Below are positions 17,034 through 24,613 of a stretch of DNA of 64,000 bases, one piece after another. The notes under the pieces are model-generated. The model was not told the DNA's origin and searched no databases. It saw only the letters and a program-made list of their open reading frames with translations. A program made the position numbers and the translations under genes. Source of the stretch: a virus (taxonomy: Duplodnaviria > Caudoviricetes); the IMG/VR virus record IMGVR_UViG_3300021399_000125, positions 34,175 through 98,174 of that record; one strand, given 5' to 3'. Each line of letters starts with the position of its first letter. Position 1 is the first letter of the stretch.

Positions 17034-17057
17034 CCCTGGCATTCCCTCTGTGGGAAC

Positions 17058-17087
17058 TTGACATTTTCCCGGCGGATATGGTATAAT
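17058..17087 (+). promoter_or_regulatory. Consensus sigma-A promoter for the mazF-mrpR-like operon
   Basis: TTGACA-18 nt-TATAAT with extended TG. Confidence 0.85.
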
Positions 17088-17118
17088 CTCAGAGACCGGA
17101 AATCGAAAGGAGACCCAT

Positions 17119-17604
17119 ATCCACACCAAAAATTATCCCTGCACCCATCGTTCTCCGGTCATCGGAGATATTTATCTCGTCCAATTCGGGCGGGCAAAAC
17201 ATGGTAATGAGCAAAGCGGTATCCGCCCCGGCGTGGTATTCCAAAACAACGTGGGCAATCTGCACAGCCCAAACGTCATCATGCTCCCGCTCACAACCAA
17301 TCTGAAGCGCAGTGGCCAGCCCACCCACGTTCTGCTTCACCCGCATGACACAGGCCTTGCCAAAAGCAGCATGGTTTTGTGCGAAAACCCGGAGTGCGTC
17401 TCCAAAGAGCGCCTCGGCCGGTATCTCACGTCTCTGCCTCTGCACTATATGCGGCAGATTGCAGAGGCCAATCTCCTCGCCACGTCCGCCGCCTCCTTTC
17501 TGGATGTCGAGCGGTTTTGTGAAATCCGGGCGCAATCCATCGGTATGAATCTGTCTGCCGGGCATCCCCGTTTTGCGGCAGAGACGGAGGTAGCATATGT
17601 ATAA
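17119..17604 (+). CDS. mazF: MazF/PemK (NdoA/EndoA-like) endoribonuclease; probable ATC start
   Basis: GDIYLVQF...GNEQSGIRPGVVFQNNVGN..SPNVIMLPLTT...PTHV...SMVLCE...SKERL; the conserved N-terminus lies upstream of the called GTG (17233); AAAGGAG SD 6 nt before in-frame ATC. Confidence 0.88.
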   Translation: MHTKNYPCTHRSPVIGDIYLVQFGRAKHGNEQSGIRPGVVFQNNVGNLHSPNVIMLPLTTNLKRSGQPTHVLLHPHDTGLAKSSMVLCENPECVSKERLGRYLTSLPLHYMRQIAEANLLATSAASFLDVERFCEIRAQSIGMNLSAGHPRFAAETEVAYV

Positions 17605-18550
17605 CAAAATACAGAAAATTCCATTCGTCCGGCAGTTTGCAGACGGAAGCACCAAGCTGGAAAAGTCCTTCGTACGCTCGTTTCGTGTCTCTTCAAAATT
17701 TGAAGCTGCGCTCAACAAGGATATCTCCGCTTTTACCCAGCAGGAGCTGACCGATATGCTGGATAAGGTCAAGCAGAACGGAACAGGTGGCACCCAGGGG
17801 TTTTACACCTTTGTAGAAAACCTCCGTCTGTACGGCAGCTGGTGCCTTCGCGAAAAGCTGCCAGGGGCGGCTGTGCCCATCACAAAGTGTAATCTTTACA
17901 TCGGTGCGCCAGAAGAAACCCAGTTCGTCCGCAATGCCTACGAGCTCGAAAGATATCTCTCTGTCGTCTTTCCGTCCGGGCAAGGCTGCTCTAACAGCCA
18001 GTGTGATTATAACTCTGTCACCTGTGCGTATTTCTGGCTCGCCTTCATCGGCGTTCCCCAGGATCAGCTCGCAGACATCAAGACCTCAGACGTCGATTTT
18101 GAAACCTGGTACGTCCACGCAGGGGATATGTACTATCCATTCGGTCACGCTGCCCATGAGATCTTCCTGCGCCTGGTTCGTTCCGACACCCTCGTCATTT
18201 CCCGCAAAGACGGCAAATCCATTTCCGCTCCACGGGAACACAGCGACCAGCTTCTTCGCACCACAACGCCGTATCAACGTGGCACCATCGGCCCAAACAC
18301 CTCCAGAAAGATGCGTGCAGCCGTACAGGACGGCATTGTAAACAAGACCATCAGTTATAAATCGGTTTACAAGTCCGGCCTCTGCGCCAGGATTTATGAG
18401 CGTGAGAGCGTAGACGGCGGAGACGTCGTGCTGGACTATGTCAAAACGTTCATTTACAACAATGCCGACGGCACAGCCAGCATGGCGATCAGCAGAGCTG
18501 CGTATCTGCATGAGACCTACGGCGCCTGGAAGCTTGCCTTCCATATCTGA
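17597..18550 (+). CDS. MrpR (SPbeta YopR)-like lytic-cycle repressor, tyrosine-recombinase fold
   Basis: MYN..QK..F...F....FE..LNKDI..FT..EL..ML, LRLYGSW, WLAFIGV...L..IKTSDVD, SVYKSG pattern recalls MrpR; no intact R-H-R-H-Y tetrad seen. Confidence 0.7.
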   Translation: MYNKIQKIPFVRQFADGSTKLEKSFVRSFRVSSKFEAALNKDISAFTQQELTDMLDKVKQNGTGGTQGFYTFVENLRLYGSWCLREKLPGAAVPITKCNLYIGAPEETQFVRNAYELERYLSVVFPSGQGCSNSQCDYNSVTCAYFWLAFIGVPQDQLADIKTSDVDFETWYVHAGDMYYPFGHAAHEIFLRLVRSDTLVISRKDGKSISAPREHSDQLLRTTTPYQRGTIGPNTSRKMRAAVQDGIVNKTISYKSVYKSGLCARIYERESVDGGDVVLDYVKTFIYNNADGTASMAISRAAYLHETYGAWKLAFHI

Positions 18551-18554
18551 TCCG

Positions 18555-18581
18555 AAAACTCGCCTTCCGGGGCGGGTTTTT
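18555..18581 (+). terminator. Rho-independent terminator closing the mazF-mrpR-like operon
   Basis: AAAACTCGCC-TTCCGG-GGCGGGTTTTT. Confidence 0.75.
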
Positions 18582-18710
18582 CATACATAACTTTATACAA
18601 ACCCACAGAGCTTTCGAGGAGCGACCGTGACCCGGCCGCCGCTCGAAGGCTCTTTTCGTTTGCTTTCAAGCCTTCGTTCCGCAAAAAAATTGAATCAAAG
18701 GAGGAACCCA

Positions 18711-19403
18711 ATGGCAGAAGAACCACTGAACATCTACCAAAAGCTGGCCAAGGTCCGCAAACAGGTAGAGGTCATCCAGCGCAACAAAAAGGGGTATGGA
18801 TATTCTTATGTCTCGGAGGACGAGATCATGTCCAAAATCTCCGTTTTTCTGGATAAGTTAAACCTCTCTCTCATCCCGTCCATTGTGGGCGACAGCACAA
18901 AGGTAGAACCGTATCACTACACCAAGACAAAGTCCACCAAGGAAGGCAAAATCTACGAGGAACAGGTCAATGAGCTCCTGGTACACTCCGACATGGAGTA
19001 CACCTGGGTAAACAACGACAATCCGGAGGAGCAGATCAAGGTCGGCTGGGCAATGGTCGGCCAGCAGGCGGATGCGTCTCAGGCATTCGGCTCCGGGCTG
19101 AGCTATGCGGCCAGGTATTTCCTGCTCAAGTACTTCAACGTCGCCACACCCAATGACGACCCGGACGAATTCCGACGCAAGCAGAAGGAGGCCGAGGCCG
19201 CCGAGGAGAAGCAGCTCATCTCCGAGCTGATCTCCGCCATTGACGCATACACCAACCAGTACCTGGAGCGGAACCCGGGTGAGGCAAAGCAAATCAAACA
19301 ATTTTTCGCGCAGTATGTTGCCGGCGGCAACTATTTCAAGCTGAAGGACTCCAAGCAGGCGGCCGAGGTGCTGTCCAAGCTGGAAGAGACCTTCAAGAAC
19401 TAA
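18711..19403 (+). CDS. ERF-family ssDNA annealing protein
   Basis: LNIYQKL...GYGYSYVS.DEI...QAFGSGLSYAARYFLLKYFNVAT..DDPD. Confidence 0.88.
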   Translation: MAEEPLNIYQKLAKVRKQVEVIQRNKKGYGYSYVSEDEIMSKISVFLDKLNLSLIPSIVGDSTKVEPYHYTKTKSTKEGKIYEEQVNELLVHSDMEYTWVNNDNPEEQIKVGWAMVGQQADASQAFGSGLSYAARYFLLKYFNVATPNDDPDEFRRKQKEAEAAEEKQLISELISAIDAYTNQYLERNPGEAKQIKQFFAQYVAGGNYFKLKDSKQAAEVLSKLEETFKN

Positions 19404-19417
19404 AGGAGGCAATACAT

Positions 19418-19780
19418 ATGGGTTTTCGTAACGGCGCCTATGCAAAGGTCTGGTCGGTAGAACCGATGTCCGAGGCCTGCACCAAGCTGCGGCTGTCCAC
19501 CAGCCACAAGAACAGGGAAGGGGAGTACGAGCAGGACTTCTCCGGCTACGTTCTGGTCTGCGGCTCCGCCCCGGCGGCCATGGCCGCCCACCTGCAGGAG
19601 GGGTCCCGGGTCCGTCTCGGGGAGACGGAGGTCACCACCACCTACGACAAGGCAAGCAAGCGCCAATATACCAACTTCAAGGTTTTCTCGCTGGAGTCTG
19701 CAGACGGCGGCGCCAATCAGACGGAGCCCCGTAAAGAGGTGGACGCCGGCGAGCCGGACGACCGGAAACTTCCCTTCTAA
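19418..19780 (+). CDS. Single-stranded DNA-binding protein-like
   Basis: OB-like body, acidic tail ending DDRKLPF; lies between ERF and nuclease. Confidence 0.75.
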   Translation: MGFRNGAYAKVWSVEPMSEACTKLRLSTSHKNREGEYEQDFSGYVLVCGSAPAAMAAHLQEGSRVRLGETEVTTTYDKASKRQYTNFKVFSLESADGGANQTEPRKEVDAGEPDDRKLPF

Positions 19781-19792
19781 GAGGCTGCTCCT

Positions 19793-20605
19793 ATGAGCAG
19801 CCCTTACTTAAAGTCCATTGTGGACGACATGGTCTGGAGCTATTCCCGTGTAAACTCCTTCCGTGACTGTCCATATCAGTGGTTTTTGAAGTACGTCCGC
19901 CAGCTTCCACGGGGCAGCGCCAAGTTCTTCTCCTCCTACGGCAGCTTCATGCACGAGCTGCTGCAGCAGTATCACGCAGACACCCTTCCAAGGCACAAGC
20001 TTGCCCTGCGATATCTCACGGGCTTTCAGTCTGCCGTTCAGGGTCCGCCGCCCTCAGAAAAGGTCTTCGTCAACTATTTCTCAGACGGTCTCGGCTATCT
20101 GAAGACCGCCGCCCCTGTGGTAGACAAGACCATTGCCACAGAAAAGAAGTACCGCTTCAAGCTCGGCGGCAGAAGCTTCGTCGGTGTGGTGGATCTCATC
20201 GGCATCACCGACGGAAAGCTGGAAATTGTCGATCACAAATCCAAAGCCCTCAAGCCATACTCCGGTCGGGAAAAGCCCACCTCCACAGACCGTGAGCTGG
20301 ACGAATATTATCGTCAATTATACCTGTATTCCATCCCTGTTGCGGCAGAATTTGGCAAATATCCAGATAAATTGTGCTTCAATTGCTTCAGAACCGGCGC
20401 AATAATCAAATCAGACTTTGATTCTCAGAAGCTGGAGCAGGCCAAAACCTGGGCCCTGCAGGAGATCGATCGGATTTCCGCCGCGGATAGCTTCCCGCCG
20501 TCCGTGGACTATTTCAAGTGCCATTATCTGTGTGACATGTGCCAGCACTGCGAGTATTACGAGATGAATTTTTTTGATAAACCGAAAGGGAGTGGTACAG
20601 CGTGA
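19793..20605 (+). CDS. PD-(D/E)XK (RecB/Cas4-like) nuclease
   Basis: WSYSR...CPYQW, G..MHELL, GVVDL...IVDHKS, QLYLY, C-terminal Cys cluster. Confidence 0.9.
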   Translation: MSSPYLKSIVDDMVWSYSRVNSFRDCPYQWFLKYVRQLPRGSAKFFSSYGSFMHELLQQYHADTLPRHKLALRYLTGFQSAVQGPPPSEKVFVNYFSDGLGYLKTAAPVVDKTIATEKKYRFKLGGRSFVGVVDLIGITDGKLEIVDHKSKALKPYSGREKPTSTDRELDEYYRQLYLYSIPVAAEFGKYPDKLCFNCFRTGAIIKSDFDSQKLEQAKTWALQEIDRISAADSFPPSVDYFKCHYLCDMCQHCEYYEMNFFDKPKGSGTA

Positions 20606-21933
20606 GAGCAGAGGATATCTGCAGTCTGGAATCCGAGTCCGGCATCATCGCCTCTCTGATCCACCACCCGGAGTTCGTGTTCTTCTCCGGGAATCTTCTC
20701 CCCGGGCACTTTACCAACAAAGAAAACCGGTGCCTCTATACTGCGATCACCTCCCTGGTCAACCAGGGCATCGAGACCATCGATGCCTTCAATATTATGG
20801 AGGTCTTGAACGCCTCCGAGGCCACCCGGAAGTATGCAGACCAGCTCACCGTGGAGCGGGTCCATGATTTTATCGACGTCAGCGATATTCTCGCCCGCAG
20901 CACGGTAGAGGAGTACAAGCTCCTGGTCGGCAACGTTCTGGACGCTGCCTTTCGCCGGGACACTTTCCAAAAGCTCAAGGAGTGCCAGGAGCTATGCCTC
21001 GATCTGGAAGCGGAGAACATCGAGCAGAAGATCTACCGCATGATCGACGACGTCATGACGGAGTTTTCCGCCGCCGACGACATCCCGGAGTTCTCCGACG
21101 TGGCGGACGATCTCTGGGCGGACATCGTCGCCCACCAGGACGGACACCTGGCCGGCGCCACCTTTAAATTTCCCTCCCTCAACGAGTATGTCACCATCGA
21201 GCCCGGCGAGCTGGTGGTGGTCGGCGCCCCGGCCAAGGGCGCAAAATCCATGTTCATGTTGAACACCGCCGTGGACCTGCTTCGGCAGGGGAAGACCGTC
21301 ATGTATATCGATTCCGAGCTTTCCAGCCGGCTTTTCTTCTGCCGTCTTCTCTCCAACCTCACCGGCATCGAATTCTCCCGGGTCCGCCACGGGCGCTACA
21401 CCCAGGAGGAGGAGAATAGGATCCAGCAGGCCATTCGCTGGGTCAAAACACGGCGGTTTGTCCACATCTATATGCCGATCTTTGACCGGCAGACCATCTA
21501 CACCTCTGTCAAAAAGGTCCACCACCGCTACGGCAAGCTGGATGTGCTGATTGTGGACTATCTCAAGTCCACCGGCGACAACGACGCCTATGCCACCTAT
21601 GCCGAGCTTGGCAAGCTGACCGACACCATCAAAAACGATCTCTCCGGCGCCATGGGCATTGCCTCCGTGGCCGCCGCCCAGCTCACCTCTGCCGGCCGCC
21701 TGGCCGACAGCGCCAAAATCGAGCGCAACGCCTCCACCATCCTGCTTCTGCTGGATAAAACCCAGGAGGAGATCGCCGACCAGGGCGAGCAGTGCGGCAA
21801 CAAAAAGCTCATCGTGTCCCGCAACCGAAACGGGATGCAGCATGTGGACGGGGAGTGGATCGACATCAATTTTAACGGCAATATCTGCCTGCTGACGGAG
21901 GCGCAGCAGCACGTTCCCAACAATCCCTACTAA
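20602..21933 (+). CDS. DnaB-like replicative helicase
   Basis: ESGIIASL N-domain, GELVVVGAPAKGAKS, YIDSE, LIVDYLK, AAQL, RNRNG. Confidence 0.92.
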   Translation: MRAEDICSLESESGIIASLIHHPEFVFFSGNLLPGHFTNKENRCLYTAITSLVNQGIETIDAFNIMEVLNASEATRKYADQLTVERVHDFIDVSDILARSTVEEYKLLVGNVLDAAFRRDTFQKLKECQELCLDLEAENIEQKIYRMIDDVMTEFSAADDIPEFSDVADDLWADIVAHQDGHLAGATFKFPSLNEYVTIEPGELVVVGAPAKGAKSMFMLNTAVDLLRQGKTVMYIDSELSSRLFFCRLLSNLTGIEFSRVRHGRYTQEEENRIQQAIRWVKTRRFVHIYMPIFDRQTIYTSVKKVHHRYGKLDVLIVDYLKSTGDNDAYATYAELGKLTDTIKNDLSGAMGIASVAAAQLTSAGRLADSAKIERNASTILLLLDKTQEEIADQGEQCGNKKLIVSRNRNGMQHVDGEWIDINFNGNICLLTEAQQHVPNNPY

Positions 21934-21946
21934 AGGAGGCGGTTTT

Positions 21947-22135
21947 TTGGACACCAGAGCCCTGATTGAAGCCGTCAAGACCAGAGCCAGCTGCAACGAC
22001 GGCAACCCCACCAAGCACAGCCTGCTTTATGAGCTGACAAAGGCGCTCGAACGGCTGGAGCAGTACGAAAAAGCGGGAATTCCGCCGGAAATCGACACCA
22101 TTCTCTGCTCCCTGGATGACGATGCTGACGATTGA
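21947..22135 (+). CDS. Small hypothetical protein (RLEQYEKAGIPPE)
   Basis: AAGGAGG SD, TTG start. Confidence 0.6.
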   Translation: MDTRALIEAVKTRASCNDGNPTKHSLLYELTKALERLEQYEKAGIPPEIDTILCSLDDDADD

Positions 22136-23117
22136 GGACTTGCTCTCCAAAATCGACATTGTCGAGTTCCTCTCCCAGTACGTCGACCTGGTCCAAAAGG
22201 ACGGGGAGTGGTGGGGGCTGAGCCCCCTGGCCGATCCGCCGGAAAAAACCCCGTCCTTTTCCGTCCGCAGAGAGACCGGCCGCTTCTATTGCTTCTCCAC
22301 CGGAATCGGCGGCACCCTCATCACATTTTTAAAGTACTATTACCACATTTCCTCCCGCAAGGCCATCGAACTTCTGCGGCAGTACGCCGGTTTGGAGGGC
22401 GAGCAGGTGTCTATCGGCCGAAAAATGGCCGCCACGGACGTCTGTCAGCGGTTTTCGCCCAAAAAAGCGAAGCAAAAGCCCTCTTCTCCCAAAATTTTAC
22501 CCCAAAACTGCATGGAGCGGTACGAAAATAACCCCTCCGCCCTCCAAATCTGGCAGGATGAGGGCATTTCGGCCGCCTCCATGGCCAGGTTTCAGGTCCG
22601 CTACGACCCCTTCTCCAACAGAATCGTCTACCCGATCCGGAATCTGTCAGGCGATATCGTAAATATCGGCGGCCGTACCCTTGACCCTGACTTCAAGGCA
22701 AAAAACCTGCGGAAATACTGCTACTTTTACGGCTGGGGCGGCGGGATGGACGTAATTTTCGGGGTTTTCGAGAATCTGCAGGCCATCCGGGAGAAAAAGG
22801 AGATCATTCTCTTCGAGGGCGCCAAAAGCGTCCTCCTGGCGGACACTTTTCACGTGCAAAACACCGGCGCAATCCTCACCTCACACCTGTCCCCGGCACA
22901 GCTGCGTATCCTCCTGCGTCTTGGCTGCCGTGTGGTCTTTGCCCTGGATAAGGACGTGAATATCCTCGCCGATCATAACATCAAACAGTTAAAGCGCTAC
23001 CTCCCGGTCGAGTATCTCTTTGACCGGGAGGGGCTCCTTGGCCCAAAGGATGCCCCCGTAGACCGCGGAAAGGAGGTTTTTCAGTCCCTCTATGCCAACC
23101 GATACAAATACAGATAA
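22116..23117 (+). CDS. DNA primase (DnaG-like)
   Basis: EKTPSFSV..FYCFS, RIVYPIRN..G.IV.IGGR, ILFEGAKS and ALDKD TOPRIM motifs. Confidence 0.92.
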   Translation: MTMLTIEDLLSKIDIVEFLSQYVDLVQKDGEWWGLSPLADPPEKTPSFSVRRETGRFYCFSTGIGGTLITFLKYYYHISSRKAIELLRQYAGLEGEQVSIGRKMAATDVCQRFSPKKAKQKPSSPKILPQNCMERYENNPSALQIWQDEGISAASMARFQVRYDPFSNRIVYPIRNLSGDIVNIGGRTLDPDFKAKNLRKYCYFYGWGGGMDVIFGVFENLQAIREKKEIILFEGAKSVLLADTFHVQNTGAILTSHLSPAQLRILLRLGCRVVFALDKDVNILADHNIKQLKRYLPVEYLFDREGLLGPKDAPVDRGKEVFQSLYANRYKYR

Positions 23118-23121
23118 CCCG

Positions 23122-23679
23122 ATGGTTCTTTACACAAGCACAGCAAACAGCCCCGTCCGGGCATACATAGACACGCCTGTCACATTCCAATGCGATGTAG
23201 ACAGCGTCCCCACCGCCCAATTCGTCTTTGACCCGCAGCCTTATACGGTGCAATATACTCCAGACCCTCCGCAACTCAACGTCGGCAGCTCTGTGCAGGT
23301 GGTTCCCACCTCCACCGAGCTGCGGGAGATGCTTCTTGAGCTCAACCGCAACGGCGTTTCTGTTGTGGATGATCGTGGGAATATCCGCCCTCTCTTGGAT
23401 GTCCTCAATGATTACGCCAGGGCCATTGCCCTGCCGAATGTTATCACGCGGGTAGAAGAGCCCTTCTCATCCAGGGTTAACAGGATGAGCGGGCTGCTGT
23501 CCACGCACATTCCCACGCTGGAGAAAATCGTGGCAGACCTGGACGATCAAATCGCCGCCGCCATCCAAAAGCTTCTGGATCCGGTTTCCGAGTCCGCTGA
23601 CACAGCTTCTCCGCCGGAGGAATTACTCTCCTGGCTGGACTCCCTGCCTGTTGCTCCGGTTTCGGAGATCGAGGCATGA
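23122..23679 (+). CDS. Hypothetical protein with a tape-measure-like motif
   Basis: NGVSVVDDRGNIRPLLDVLND; C-terminal SPPEELLSWLDSLP. Confidence 0.6.
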   Translation: MVLYTSTANSPVRAYIDTPVTFQCDVDSVPTAQFVFDPQPYTVQYTPDPPQLNVGSSVQVVPTSTELREMLLELNRNGVSVVDDRGNIRPLLDVLNDYARAIALPNVITRVEEPFSSRVNRMSGLLSTHIPTLEKIVADLDDQIAAAIQKLLDPVSESADTASPPEELLSWLDSLPVAPVSEIEA

Positions 23680-24020
23680 AGATGCCCGCTACGATGGAGG
23701 AGTATGTCCTGTACGGAAACATGGTCAGTGAGCTTACACTGTACAACGTCCTCTGTTACGATTACAAGGCCGGCGCAAGACCAGTTCATGAAATCCTTTG
23801 TGAGTACGCAGACAAGCTGACCAACTCCGCCAGGGGCAAGCGCCTCACGCTGAGTGAGTATGCCGAGCGCCTGCATAATATGCGCAGGTTTTTGGAGTGG
23901 ATCCAACCGGATCTGGCGGCCGTCAGATTCCCGGCTTCGGAGGAGGCGCCGGCCTCTCCGCCGGCAGAGCTGCTCGCCTGGCTGGACTCCCTGCCCATAC
24001 AGAAAGAAGGTGATCACTGA
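23676..24020 (+). CDS. Hypothetical protein
   Basis: ATGA overlap; C-terminal SPPAELLAWLDSLP. Confidence 0.65.
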   Translation: MKMPATMEEYVLYGNMVSELTLYNVLCYDYKAGARPVHEILCEYADKLTNSARGKRLTLSEYAERLHNMRRFLEWIQPDLAAVRFPASEEAPASPPAELLAWLDSLPIQKEGDH

Positions 24021-24613
24021 TGGGCAAACTATTTTATATCGCCGATACCCACTTCGGCCACGGCAACATTCTCCGCTTTGACGGCCGGCCGTTTTCCTCC
24101 GTTGCGCAGATGGAAGACGTCATTGTCCAAAACTGGAACCGTACGGTCACCGACAAGGACGACGTCTATATCCTGGGCGATTTCTGCTGGGGCAAGGCGG
24201 ATGACTGGCTGCGGCTTCTCAAACTGCTCCGCGGCCGCAAGACGCTGATCACCGGCAATCACGATCTCAAGCGCTTTCCAACCGAGGTCCGCAACCGTCT
24301 CTGTGACGTCAAGGATTATAAAGAAATCATAGACGATGGCCGCAAAATCATCCTCTGCCACTATCCGATTCTGTTCTACCGCCTGAGCTATGTCGAAAAC
24401 GTCTGGCACTTCCACGGCCACACCCACGCCGTCACCCAGGAAGAGGCGGACCGCCTCCGGTTTGTCCGCGCCCTGGTTTCTGAGCATCAGGAGGCGCACA
24501 CGTTAAACCGCGGCCAGATCGTCAACGTGGGCTGCATGATGCCGTATATGGACTACACGCCCCGCACAGCAGACGAGCTCATCGCCTGGTGGAAGGGGGA
24601 GTACGGTGCCTAA
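24020..24613 (+). CDS. Calcineurin-like metallophosphoesterase
   Basis: DTHFGH, LGDF, GNHD, CHYP, HGHTH. Confidence 0.92.
   Translation: MGKLFYIADTHFGHGNILRFDGRPFSSVAQMEDVIVQNWNRTVTDKDDVYILGDFCWGKADDWLRLLKLLRGRKTLITGNHDLKRFPTEVRNRLCDVKDYKEIIDDGRKIILCHYPILFYRLSYVENVWHFHGHTHAVTQEEADRLRFVRALVSEHQEAHTLNRGQIVNVGCMMPYMDYTPRTADELIAWWKGEYGA

Noticed and set aside
17597-18550. Second active integrase
   Set aside because: Catalytic R-H-x-x-R-H-Y set not evident; fits an MrpR-like repressor better
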